The notes under the pieces were generated by a model. That model ran no database searches, had not been told where the DNA came from, and saw nothing but the letters and a program-made list of their open reading frames with translations. A stretch of DNA of 63,957 nt, the filler included, from Octopus bimaculoides (lineage: Eukaryota), in the NCBI RefSeq assembly GCF_001194135.2. It is 7 parts of 4 records of this genome, joined end to end, with 100 filler letters (N's around TTAATTAATTAA, not from the genome) between each part and the next. Parts side by side here need not be neighbours in the genome. Positions count along the whole stretch, not along the records: positions 41,034 to 53,546 come from NC_068982.1; positions 53,647 to 61,251 come from NC_068996.1; positions 61,352 to 62,730 come from NW_026353641.1; positions 62,831 to 63,957 come from NC_068984.1; 3 more parts are not named here. One strand, 5' to 3'. The translations under genes were made by a program, and so were the position numbers. Below, in pieces: positions 51,104-63,801 of this stretch. Position 1 is the first letter of the stretch. The number at the start of each line of letters is the position of its first letter.

Positions 51104-51874
51104 AATTGAAAGGTATAATGAATAAACGCTCTCATTGGTCAAAACAACTTTATAACACTCCGGTATTATTATAAATCGAATATAAATATATATACTAAAA
51201 CAACAGGGCATCCGGTGGTAAAATCCAATAATATAAAGTATACAAATATGTAGGAATAAAAGGTGAATAAACCTGAAAGGGTAAAACGAGTGAAGATGAT
51301 TAGAGAAAAATATATGGATTAAATTAATGTATAAAAAAAGCTAGTAAAAATTTAAAGCAATGAAATTAAAATCATATAAGTATAAATATAAATATAAAGG
51401 GCAAAGTGATAACCAGAAAATTATCCATTCAAATCCATCCCCACGATCGTTTCAAAAGACGTTGCCTCATTTCTTCAATGTAAAGCCCTTAATGGTTTTT
51501 ACATTGACGAAGTGAGGCAACGTCATTTGAAACGATCGTAGAGATGGATTTCAATGGACTCTTTCTGATTACTACTTTGCCTTTTATATTTATATTTATC
51601 TTTATATTATTTCAGTTTCATTGCCTTAAATTTTTAGTCGCTTTTATTATGCATTAATTTAATCCATATATTTTTCTTCATTCGACTTCACTCTTATTAA
51701 CCTTTCAGGTTTTATCACCTTTATTTGTATATATGTGTATATTTTATACTATTAGGTTTTATTATTGGATGCCCTGATGTTATAATATATTTTTATATTC
51801 GATTTATAATAATATAGGAGTGTTATAAAGTTGTTTTGATCAATTAGAGCGTTTATTCATTATACCTTTCAATT
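51104..51874. mobile_element. Large imperfect foldback element (~380-bp arms) with degenerate hammerhead motifs at the inner ends
   Basis: AATTGAAAGGTATAATGAATAAACGCTC.. at 51104 is mirrored at 51874; centre near 51483-51498. TTGACGA..GAAAC-GATC-GTA lies at 51504-51540 (+) and is mirrored at 51442-51478 (-). Confidence 0.75.
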
Positions 51875-52604
51875 CATATATATATATATANNNNNNNNNN
51901 NNNNNNNNNNNNNNNNNNNNNNNNNNNNNNNNNNNNNNNNNNNNNNNNNNNNNNNNNNNNNNNNNNNNNNNNNNNNNNNNNNNNNNNNNNNNNNNNNNNN
52001 NNNNNNNNNNNNNNNNNNNNNNNNNNNNNNNNNNNNNNNNNNNNNNNNNNNNNNNNNNNNNNNNNNNNNNNNNNNNNNNNNNNNNNNNNNNNNNNNNNNN
52101 NNNNNNNNNNNNNNNNNNNNNNNNNNNNNNNNNNNNNNNNNNNNNNNNNNNNNNNNNNNNNNNNNNNNNNNNNNNNNNNNNNNNNNNNNNNNNNNNNNNN
52201 NNNNNNNNNNNNNNNNNNNNNNNNNNNNNNNNNNNNNNNNNNNNNNNNNNNNNNNNNNNNNNNNNNNNNNNNNNNNNNNNNNNNNNNNNNNNNNNNNNNN
52301 NNNNNNNNNNNNNNNNNNNNNNNNNNNNNNNNNNNNNNNNNNNNNNNNNNNNNNNNNNNNNNNNNNNNNNNNNNNNNNNNNNNNNNNNNNNNNNNNNNNN
52401 NNNNNNNNNNNNNNNNNNNNNNNNNNNNNNNNNNNNNNNNNNNNNNNNNNNNNNNNNNNNNNNNNNNNNNNNNNNNNNNNNNNNNNNNNNNNNNNNNNNN
52501 NNNNNNNNNNNNNNNNNNNNNNNNNNNNNNNNNNNNNNNTATATATACACATACATATATTCAAGTATAAATATATAGATATCTATATATAAATAAATTA
52601 AACT

Positions 52605-52638
52605 TGCACAGAGTCTGTGCATTTGGTAGACGGAAATA

Positions 52639-52678
<40 letters not shown>

Positions 52679-52885
52679 TGTGTGTGTGTGAGTGTTTGTT
52701 CGACACTACGGTTTCACAACCGGTGTTGGTTTATGTTCCTGTAACATAGCAGTTCCTTAAAAGAGCCCAATATTATAAATACCAGGCTTTAAAAGAATAA
52801 GGGCTATGGCGCATTCGTTCGATTAAATCCCTCTAAGTTGATGCCCCAGCATGGCCCCAAGCAAATGACTAAAGCAAGTAAAACA
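52605..52885 (+). mobile_element. Family B-like SINE 3' part
   Basis: ATTTGGTAGACGGAAA..(TG)n..GTAACATAGCAGTTC..CCCCAGCATGGCC..AATGACTAAAGCAAGTAAAA. Confidence 0.65.
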
Positions 52886-53368
52886 TAAAAGATATATATT
52901 TATATGTGTGTGTGTGCACATATGTGTATGTGTACATATGTGTGTGATTGTGTGCGTATACACACACACACACACACACATACACACATACAACATACGC
53001 AGAAGCACACGCAAATATATGTATGTACGTATGTATCTAATGTTTTATCCATCTTGTAGACAAACTTATGAAAAATCTCATGAAATGCAGTGTTTTCAAT
53101 AATAATATAAGCGTAAGAGAAACAACAACTGCTAAAGTCCTTTATATTTATCTTCCCTTTTCTGTTTATTTCATATTTCACCTAATAACGTTTGACATTT
53201 TGAGGAACCCCTCGAAGCCAAATTCAAAGTAATGACAGATTACCATCATTATTTTAGTGCGCCTAAAATCTGTGAAACTTAAAGTAGTACTGAAATTCCA
53301 CAAATATTGTATTTATCCACCAATGCAGTGTTGAGAACGCATCCTCACTGTTCGCGACGAACGAGTGT

Positions 53369-53415
<47 letters not shown>

Positions 53416-53416
53416 C

Positions 53417-53454
<38 letters not shown>

Positions 53455-55983
53455 TTATTTATTTATTTGAAGATAAGCAACAAAAAATCAATAGGTTATA
53501 GCAGTACATACGTTTCGTACAAGCTCCATTTATTCATGTAGTGAGANNNNNNNNNNNNNNNNNNNNNNNNNNNNNNNNNNNNNNNNNNNNTTAATTAATT
53601 AANNNNNNNNNNNNNNNNNNNNNNNNNNNNNNNNNNNNNNNNNNNNATATATATATATATATATATACATGTACACACATTCAGTCTTTAGACACGTAAG
53701 ATTAAAAAATTCACTAGCACATATAGATACCAGATAACTATTTGTGCTCATGCGTAATTTCATAAAGTTTTGATTTTGACTATGTATGGGAGAACACCCC
53801 AGCTTAACTCGGGATTGGGTCAAATTGAGACATTGTACATTTCAAGTTATCTATCACCATAACTTATCTTGGAAGAAGAAAATTTTTTAAACTTTTTAAC
53901 ATACGTAGTATTTTGTAAGCAAGTCATTAAATAGGGTACAAGAAAATAACTTAAAATAATGCAGGCAGAGTTATTTGGTGCCATTGAATCAGGTACATTC
54001 TTTGAAATTAGAATTCTAAAAGGTTGTTATAACCTTTACAAATATTTGCCACCCTAATCAACAACAATATTAAAAACGAAGCAAGCTGAATTGGAAACAG
54101 ACGTTCTCAAAGCAAAAACATTTCCAGTAAAATAGAATAATTTCATGCAAATAGGGGAAATTTATGGCACTTCGAATAATGCCCTCGGTAAGGCATTTCT
54201 TTTGCATGCCAAAGGTAGATTTCGAAGTTTCGGTTAGGGTCCGTCGGAAACTACATCTTATGGCATGCGAAATTAATTCTTTTAAAATATTTTTCAAGGA
54301 GGTAGACTTTCGCTGGTCTCCATAGATCCTAGGTTTTTTAGTTTGTTGTTCACAATGTACAAAACAGCAATCATAGTCCTCAATGAAATCCACACAACGC
54401 GTGAAAAACAGTTCGTAGTGTGCCTCTTTCTTCGTCATTAGAAAACATGAGAATAAAGGCCGTTTGTCAGGTATATAATTTATAATAAAACTTCCATCAA
54501 TTCACAATACCATTGACTCACAAAACCAATTAGTGCATTTATCTTCTCACAAAACCAATTAGTGCATTTATCTTCAACTCGTATAGAAATGAAGTAGAAA
54601 ATGGAGTATTCTAGTGTGACTTGCAGTTTGTCCTACATTCATACAGTTCAATGACAAATTTTGGATGACGTCAATACAAGTGAAACTGAGTTGTTAGGTA
54701 TCGTAATTCATGTTAGCGAAATTTATCCAGTCTTTCGTTTTGGTGCTTTTTTCCAGAATGATTAACAGAGACTTCCATAATTTTTGAGGAGTGACCTCTG
54801 GATTTTTTTAGGTGTCGGCTAGACCAAAGCTGCTTCTGCCAAGACCCAACAGATAAAACTGTTTGCTTTATCTATTTGTGTAATTTTGAGCTAGCATTGA
54901 CTATATTAAATAAAACTACCATCGACATCATAATGAACTTGTGCGCCAATGTGAATATCTTAGAATATAAGAAGGACAGCTGAAACCATGTATAAAGAGG
55001 ATTTACGCAACCATGCAGCCTTAATTTGTGTCATTATACATACGAAACCTGGCATAAACTTTTCTGCCCTTGCAAAGGCCATGAATATTGAATCATCACA
55101 AATTCACTGCCAAAGTGATTTTGGTTACGAAAGGCACATATTTATAGAAAACATACAAGATTAGCTACAATGGAGCATAAAACAACCTGCATAACAAAAT
55201 TCATTTCCTTCTTTAAAAGATAGTACGTTACGATGTTTTTCTGATATGGTAGATGTATTTGAATCTCAGCAGGAATTTGTAATCTGGTTTTGATTTTCAA
55301 ATCAAAACTTAGACGCAAGTTTCAGTTGAGATGCACATACATCCCTCGTATAAAAAAAAAGGAGAGAAAAAAACTGTAATGAATGTTTCTCATAATAGCT
55401 AGAATGTCGCAGATAATATCTGCATACAAGGTTTTAGTAGGTTTGTCATCACATCCCTGAATGATTCATTACACACCAACTATTCTCTTTTCATTTTTTA
55501 TCTTTTCATTTCCTCGCTTCCACTACTCACCTTACCATTTTTACCGCTTCCCGTACAGATTAACTTTCTGTTCTCCTCCTTGCTTTCCTTTTTCTACCTT
55601 CATCAAAGAACAATTCACACTAATGGTATTGAATATCCATTTAAGAAGGATAAACTCGCACAGTTCATCCATCGTCTTCGACGTGAGAAACATTCATATG
55701 ATGTACAAATAAACATCCCAATGGATTATCCATTAATATTAAACTGATATTCGAAAAAGTGAGAAGCCGTGAATGCCAAACAATCTTGAAGTAGAATTGT
55801 ATTGGCGTATTAAATGTTGACTGAATAAAAAGGACTTTTATTTTAAGATTGAGTCTGCGGAATGGGTCAAGCATTTTAACTTGACTTTTAAATAGCAAGC
55901 GAATTATTTCATAATATATATATTTTTAACTAATATAATAATTATTAAATAATATAATAACAAAATATATGTAATTATTATTT

Positions 55984-56052
<69 letters not shown>

Positions 56053-56530
56053 NNNNNNNNNNNNNNNNNNNNNNNNNNNNNNNNNNNNNNNNNNNNNNNN
56101 NNNNNNNNNNNNNNNNNNNNNNNNNNNNNNNNNNNNNNNNNNNNNNNNNNNNNNNNNNNNNNNNNNNNNNNNNNNNNNNNNNNNNNNNNNNNNNNNNNNN
56201 NNNNNNNNNNNNNNNNNNNNNNNNNNNNNNNNNNNNNNNNNNNNNNNNNNNNNNNNNNNNNNNNNNNNNNNNNNNNNNNNNNNNNNNNNNNNNNNNNNNN
56301 NNNNNNNNNNNNNNNNNNNNNNNNNNNNNNNNNNNNNNNNNNNNNNNNNNNNNNNNNNNNNNNNNNNNNNNNNNNNNNNNNNNNNNNNNNNNNNNNNNNN
56401 NNNNNNNNNNNNNNNNNNNNNNNNNNNNNNNNNNNNNNNNNNNNNNNNNNNNNNNNNNNNNNNNNNNNNNNNNNNNNNNACACACACACACACACACACA
56501 CATATCTACATTTATATATTTGTGTGTGTA

Positions 56531-56745
56531 AGGCGGCGAGCTGGCAGAAATGTTAGCAGGCCGGGCGAAATGCTTAGCAGTATTTCGTTTGTCTTTACGT
56601 TCTGAGTTCAAATTCCACCGAGGTCGACTTTGCCTTTCATCATTTCGGGATCGATAAATTAAGTACCAGTTGCGTACTGAGGTCGATGCAATCGACTGCC
56701 CCCCCCCTCCTCAAATTTCAGGCCTTGTACCTAGAGTAGAAGAAG
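56531..56745 (+). mobile_element. Full-length family A SINE
   Basis: AGGCGGCGAGCTGGCAGAAATGTTAGC head through CTAGAGTAGAAG tail. Confidence 0.9.
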
Positions 56746-57839
56746 AAAAAATATATATTTGTGTGTGAGTGTTTGTATGTGTTTGTGTGCATGCATACAT
56801 TCTTATATATAAGTGCCGTCATATGAAAATGAGTATTGTTATAGGGCGTTATTCCATTCTGAAATGTCTTTCCTAATTTTCAAACGAATGTCACAATTTT
56901 GTTAAAATATAATTAGTAACAATTTTATGCAAATAAAAAAAATGTAGGTATTTGCTATTATGTTGTGAAATTATAAATATTTTCAATATCTTTTATTCTA
57001 GGTCTAACATTTTTGTTAAATATTAAACCATTATCTTTTACCTGTGATTTATTAGCAGTGTACCCAAATTACCGTCAAAGCATTCAGCATGTTTCCATTC
57101 AAAATCTAGAGTAACACTTGTTTACAAAAGCTTTAATTCATTGGTCGTTTCTTTTTAGTTTTCATATTAATTCTAACCTATCAGTTAAATAACTTCGGAT
57201 CTGTAAAAGATATTTCCTGTAACGAGTTCATATTCTGGTATTCTTAACAAGTATACGCTCTTTACTATTTTCTTTAGGCATACCTTACATATTTTATTTT
57301 AGTGCCTCCAGCAATTTATTGATACATCAACTATTAAATAGTCTGTTGGCTATTTATGTCGAATATTTAAATATTCTGCGCAAGAGCGTGCAAAGAAATT
57401 AAAAATGTGACAGTATTATTTACTATGCACAGGAAAGAATTGAATAAGTATAGGAATAGGCGAAAAGATAGTGTAGGAAAACATCCGTAAAAGTCGTGAA
57501 CTAGGGCAGATTCTCAGTCGTCAATTGAAATAATGATCGTTTATACAATCACGTTCAAAAGAAGCTGTCATGATAACTAAATATCTAAACCATTGATGAG
57601 CCAATAATGCTGCTGCCTTTAATAAATGAATCAATACTCAAGATTTTAAATATAAATTATATAAGACATTTATGGCGTAAATAATTTTAACTTGTAATCT
57701 TGGTGTACAGCTTGATACAGTATTCCATATTCGTGCGATTTGTTCTTGTCATAAATATCGAATTTAAGTGTGATACTTAACTGTCTTAGACTGTACATTA
57801 AGGCTGTAAAGTGACTAAGAAAATTGTTTTTTGATCCTA

Positions 57840-57965
57840 ATGCGATAAGTGTTGATATATACTAAAATTAGTTCACAACATAAATACAAGCTATATTGAC
57901 AGAGTGAGAAGACATTAACTATTTGATGAAATCGGTAATGCAGTAGTTTGATACACAAGTAATAG
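57840..57965 (+). mobile_element. Degenerate Penelope-like GIY-YIG remnant
   Basis: Frameshift-corrected reading LIYTKISSQHKYKLYI(G)QSEKTLTI resembles xIY...YIGQT.R.L. Confidence 0.35.
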
Positions 57966-58155
57966 ATCGCTTGAGTCCGTGAGAAAACCTCCTTTGATTG
58001 ATGCCTGCAAATGACTTTCACACACACACACATCATATACTCTTTTACATGTTTCAGTCATTTGACTGCGGCCACGCTGGAGCACCGCCTTACTCTTTCT
58101 CTCTCTCTCTCTCTCTGTATATATATATATATTATAGGTGGCTTATTCACAAATT

Positions 58156-58244
58156 TACAACCGAAAGGCAGAACTATAGACGTCACTAAAGTAACAAACC
58201 CTTAGTCACTTTAGTGATGTCTATAGTTCTACCTTTTGGTTGTA
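58156..58244. repeat. 89-bp hairpin (40-bp arms, 9-nt loop)
   Basis: 58156-58195 versus 58205-58244, 36/40 complementary. Confidence 0.85.
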
Positions 58245-58751
58245 TGTGTGTGTAGGTTTTTTTTTACTTCTTTTTACTATTATTATTTCTTAGCTTTTTC
58301 TTCTTTTTTCCTTTTCAAGTATTTTTTGCCTGTTTAGTTATTTTATTCTCATTTACAGCTTTTAACCTTTAATTTTAATTCTAATTTCAATTTTAAACCC
58401 CTCTTTTTGACTTCTACTATATTCTTTTTTATTATTCTCAATTCCCACTCTTGGACTTTGTCTGTTTTATACTGTTCTTTTATTTACTTCTGCGCAAAGT
58501 TTTTCGATTTATCTATTGCTCATATTTTTCCGCTACGGTCAACCTCCATTTGCAGTCGTTATATATTTTTTAAAATTAATTATCCAATCAGATTGAAATG
58601 CTTATCCGATGAACTGTAAAGATATTAGCTTATTTTATATTATATTGTATTACATATACTCACGTAATTTAATTCTTCCAAATGATCATAATTTTCTGAC
58701 GAACAATCACGTGAAACTGTGAGTAACAGTTTGTGTGTGCGTGCGTGTGTA

Positions 58752-58789
<38 letters not shown>

Positions 58790-59209
58790 CGTGTGTGTGT
58801 GTGTGCGTGTGCGCGTGTGTACATATTAAAAAGCTAGTTCTAAAATCTCTGTAAGAGTTGATCGCAGTAGTTGTACCAGCAAGTAATGTTCAGAGCCACT
58901 TCAACATGGCTGTTCCGTTCGAGCGGAATTTACGGCGATTTTTAACCCCAAGAGGACATCTCCTCTAGCTAGTTAACGATGCACCGCTGCATCCGATATA
59001 CTGCGATGTTAGAGAACTATTATAACTAGCTTTTTAGCTTGTTGCAAAGTCATCGACTGTATGTCGCTTAAATTTATATATGTTATAAGCAGAGGCGAGA
59101 TACTGCCATCTCTAGCAAACAAGGTGGCCTATACTGATGAGAAACAGAAATATCCCGAAACCAGATTGGCATGCTGATCCCAGCGCTAGAGCGTGGTAGG
59201 GATTCATTT

Positions 59210-59272
<63 letters not shown>

Positions 59273-59797
59273 GGGACAAAATCCAAAATTACAGGTAAAA
59301 ACTCAATTAAAATCAATGAGTTCATGAGACTTGGTTCTTTTCCTTAAAACTATATATATTTATATTTGTTTTGATAGAATCAGGTACTTGAAAAGGTATG
59401 CACCACATAGGGTTGGGTAATGTTTGTAGTTCCGGAATATGGTTGGTGAGAGAGTCGAAATATCAGATGAGATATTTTGGTTGCGTACACAGAGAAAACC
59501 AACCCTATGAGTGTTAAGGTACTGGTCCAAATTGCGCGTTACTTTGAAAATGCGTTGTTGGTACATTCTACGGTGTCCGACAAGTCGTAAATCCCTTTGG
59601 TGTATTATAATCAAATGAATAATAACAGACGATGGATAATTGTCAGCTCATAACAGCTGTTTCTTTCGCATTTTTAAAGGAAGAATGACAACATTTCATC
59701 ATTATAAAAGACTGTAATCATTAGATGAGAAGAAATTTTACAAAACACACACACATACATATGTATACATACATACAAACATGTGTGTGCATTTATG

Positions 59798-59846
<49 letters not shown>

Positions 59847-61339
59847 GTATATATGTATATATGTATATATACACGTATGTTTGTATGTGGGGGGGTGCAT
59901 GATCGTAAGATTGTGGTTTCGATTCCCGGGTCGGGCGACGTGCTTTGCTCTTGAGCAAGACGTTTCATTTTACACTGCTCCAGTCCACTCGCATGCCAAA
60001 AATGTATAATCCTGCGACTGATCGGAAAGGAAGGACCTTTGATTCTTTATATATACATACCTTTACTCGTGAATAAAATAACAGTACGTGACGTTCCATT
60101 AAATAAGTTAAAAAGCATGTGATACATGTACAAAGAAACGGGAAACAGATACAGAAGATCACCATATCTTCATTAGTTATCGGCCAGAGGATCAAACGCA
60201 ATTTCACGCTTTCAACGATAATATTGTTTCCTCTGGTGGCACCAGAGACCAGAAGCTTCCGGGAAATGGCGAGCAAAACAAGGGACCAAACATGACAGAA
60301 AATGAACAAACAAACGAGAAATAAACTACTATGCAATGCAGAGAGGGAACATACAAATATGAGATAAGTGTAATTCAAGACGAGACAGTTAATGGACAGA
60401 CGAGGGACGACGACGAACACAAACAGGACGCAAAATGTAAACATTCGAAGAAACTAAAGTAAATAAACAGAACACGGCCTTAGGGCCAGACAGGAGACAT
60501 AAACATGGTCAACGCTGGGAAAATATTCTAAAGACTTAACAGAGGGAGAGCGAACCGAAACGAGAGTGGGAGACGAGAGAAAATACGACCGGTTGCTTTT
60601 GAGGTCGGCGTGAAAAGGAATACAAGACAATGACGACAGGTCACGTGCGAGTAGTAGGAGGGAGAAAACTGGAAGGGGGAAGAGAGAGACAGACATACAC
60701 ACAGCAGAGAGGGAAGGTAAAAAACGGGAACATATGTGTTTTTATATATATATATATACAATTGCAGCGTGGAAGGTGTTTATAAGCCATTTAAAAACAC
60801 ACAAAAACCGTAAGATTCACATCAACATTTAAATTTAATTTGTCAAAATAATTTTGTTGCTTTGAAACCGCGACCTGTTCACTGACATAATTCCATGCTG
60901 CATCTGAGAAAGTAACAGTTAGTTCATGATATATATGTACGTACGTACGTATGTTTGTGTGTATGTGTATGTAAGTATGTATGTATGTATGTATGTACGT
61001 ACGTATGTGTTTATGTATGTATGTATGTATGTATGTATGTATGTATATCAATCAGTTTCATTTCTGTATTTCTTGTTAATAGAGAAAGAGCCGGACTCTA
61101 ACATAGATTCAAGGCTCCTTCATTGGAACTTTTATCAACATCATCTAGGTATTTGTGCATATGTGTGTGTGTGCAGTATTTGGTGTTAGTGTATGTGCAG
61201 ATTTGTATGTTTGTTTTATGGATGCGTTTTTATGTCTAGATGCATGCATATNNNNNNNNNNNNNNNNNNNNNNNNNNNNNNNNNNNNNNNNNNNNTTAAT
61301 TAATTAANNNNNNNNNNNNNNNNNNNNNNNNNNNNNNNN

Positions 61340-61712
61340 NNNNNNNNNNNNGTTCATGTAGGTGTTATGCCTAGGGTACCATATATTTGGATTTGTACAG
61401 TTTTGTTCTAGTGAATGTTTAAGAAACCATAAGAAAATTATGTGTTTGTTTTAAAATTTGAGATCACATAGACAGTATTTTACGTAGGATATGGGCAGTT
61501 CCCATGAGCACTATCTTTTGAACTTCAGCCATTTTGGGGTTTCCTGGTATCTGAGCTAGGTAGTAATCAGCCCGTTTCACTGTCATTCCCAGGGCACCTA
61601 TGACAATAGGTATTGTTTTCATCTTCAGATTCTACATTTTGCTAATTTCTATTTCAAGATCTTTATATTTGCTCAGTTTTTGGTAGGTCTTGACAGATAC
61701 GTTTATATCGAT
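61340..61712 (-). mobile_element. 5'-truncated R4/Dong-like element: endonuclease C-terminus plus 3' UTR, next to (TAA)n
   Basis: Minus frame DINVSVKTYQKLSKYKDLEIEISKM*NLKMKTIPIVIGALG..EVQKIVLMGTAHILRKILSM* begins immediately after (TAA)n. Confidence 0.85.
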
Positions 61713-62524
61713 TATTATTATTATTATTAAAAAGAAGAGTTTTTATATCTGATTCGTCTAGTGCCGTGAAACTAGTGCTAAGCAGTGTCTTCCGTGCCCT
61801 TCAAAGCGTCTTGGTTTTATTGTAAGGCATTGACATCCATCTTACGTAATTACGTAACGAGGTGTTTCCGTACATTTGTATCTCGATAGCTGTAATAGAA
61901 ACAGTAATGATGTCTAGACTATATTTCAGTATATATATATTTTTTCTCATCTTTTCAGCAGCTTTGTGCATTTTACTTCAAAATACATGATTGCATCGCC
62001 AATTCCCGTTGTGTTTAGATCCCTGGAGGGGGATTACCTAAACTATAACAGCGTTAAATGATTAAATGATACATCAACAAACGCCAGCGAAACGCTTTTG
62101 ATGAGTAGAATATTAACTCCACGTGTGCCGTTAATATTCTAATATTTTCACAGCCACACACACACTCATGCCTAGGTATGGTGTATACAATACATACTTA
62201 CACACACACCAGACTCAACGATGTACTGAATAATGGTGCATGGCGTGTTAAATTTCTTACTAGACACGTTTGAGAATTAAATCTGTACTAATGCAAAATA
62301 GTCCCTTTTTCATTCATTTTACACATCAGTCAACTAGGTGTGACTATGTGACTGATCGATCTGCAACAACAAGAAAGGGTGGACTCAAATGACGAATAAG
62401 GGTTCTGCCGTTTCCTGCAGAACAGCCTACAGCAGATGACTCGTTTATAGTGATCAAATGCGTGCTGTGCAATTACTTTACTCCCTCCATTAAATCGATA
62501 TTGCCTGTACAGGTGAACGTCATT

Positions 62525-62830
62525 TCAAATACTTCTTTTATCGACCTCGAAAGGACGAAAAGCAAAGTCGACCTCGGTCGAACTTGAACTCGGAACAAAA
62601 AGACGGGCGAAATGTCACTAAGAATATTGTCTGCCACGCTAACGATTCAGCCAGCTTGCTGCCTTAAGTAATAATCGTTTCTAAAGGCGGTGCTCCAGTA
62701 TGGCCGCAGTCAAATGACTGAAACAAGGAANNNNNNNNNNNNNNNNNNNNNNNNNNNNNNNNNNNNNNNNNNNNTTAATTAATTAANNNNNNNNNNNNNN
62801 NNNNNNNNNNNNNNNNNNNNNNNNNNNNNN

Positions 62831-62864
<34 letters not shown>

Positions 62865-63060
62865 CATGTGTGTCTTTGAGTCTAGGTTTGTCCCCAACCA
62901 CAGCTTAACAAGCAGTGTTTATGTGTCTGTAACTTAGTGGTTCAACAAAAGAGACCAATAGAATAAGCATCAAGTTTTAAAAAAGACAAAAAGTACTGGG
63001 TTCAATTCGGTTGCCTAAAACTCTTCAAAGTAATGCCCCTGCATGGCCGAAGATAAAAGA
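62525..63060. mobile_element. Family A SINE (minus, 62525-62668) and family B SINE pieces either side of a scaffold join
   Basis: Family A and B diagnostic motifs; join at 62731-62830. Confidence 0.7.
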
Positions 63061-63766
63061 TAGATATATTCCTGTTGTCTTCCAGAATCCCACATGTGCA
63101 CAGTTATCTTCTGTTGTTTAAATTTGGTCATAAGAGACTAAGTTTTTCTTTTCTTGTTGTAGTTTTTTAAGGCTTAACCGTAAATATTTATGTGTCTTTT
63201 GAGTTTCATCTCCACTGTATCAATCCCTGTCAACCATATCTGATGGCTGATGTAACTGTTGGGGCTAGAAGTGTTGTCTTGAGACATGGAAATTTTACTT
63301 CATGCATGCACACACAGATTTAGAGTATCACATTCCTGTCAACAATGGAATAACACTAATAATTAGATTCTCTTTCCTAATGGTAATTGAATTAGCATCA
63401 AAGCATCAACGTTGTTTCCTTGTGTATGTGTGTGTGTGTGTTAGTCACATGACATATGTCATGTATCTGCTTTTTCATTAGTTCAAATTACACAGAAAAT
63501 CATCTGCTTTCTGTATCAAGTAGCAGCACCTGTCCTCTTCCTTTCTATTATGCGACCAACTTCTCTCTCATTCTGTAGCACAATATGTCCTGCTATTTGT
63601 TAATCTCTCTTTAGTTATGTTTCATACTCCTACCTACCATTTCAGCCTTTTCTCCCACCCACTCTTTCCTCTTTCTCTTCAATGGTTTTTCACGACAGTC
63701 ACACACAGACAGACCGTATACAACTTCATGACATGATTGCTTATACATTTTACTACTCATGAATAA

Positions 63767-63801
<35 letters not shown>

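Noticed and set aside
53500-53545. GAAAC-GTAT-GTA on the minus strand
   Set aside because: No CUGANGA core is present upstream.
59650-59710. GAAACAGCTGTT with an upstream ATGATGA on the minus strand
   Set aside because: The core lacks C3, a 20-nt insert separates stem II from GAAA, and there is no stem I; too degraded to call.
59990-60720. 159-aa and 82-aa hydrophobic minus ORFs
   Set aside because: They derive from purine-skewed repeat-like sequence with no recognisable domain; likely part of an unclassified repeat.
60820-60890. Minus-strand GTCA-GTGAACAG-GTCGC..GCAAC-AAAA-TTATTT-TGAC with hammerhead-like layout
   Set aside because: Both core halves deviate from CUGANGA and GAAA.
662-61189. 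Numerous ORFs rich in HT, VC, YI or MY dipeptides, and ORFs running through X
   Set aside because: They are translations of (CA)n/(TA)n microsatellites or N gaps, which lack stop codons; there is no protein signal.
62095-62140. TTGATGAG followed by a 12-bp hairpin
   Set aside because: No GAAA or stem III follows the hairpin.
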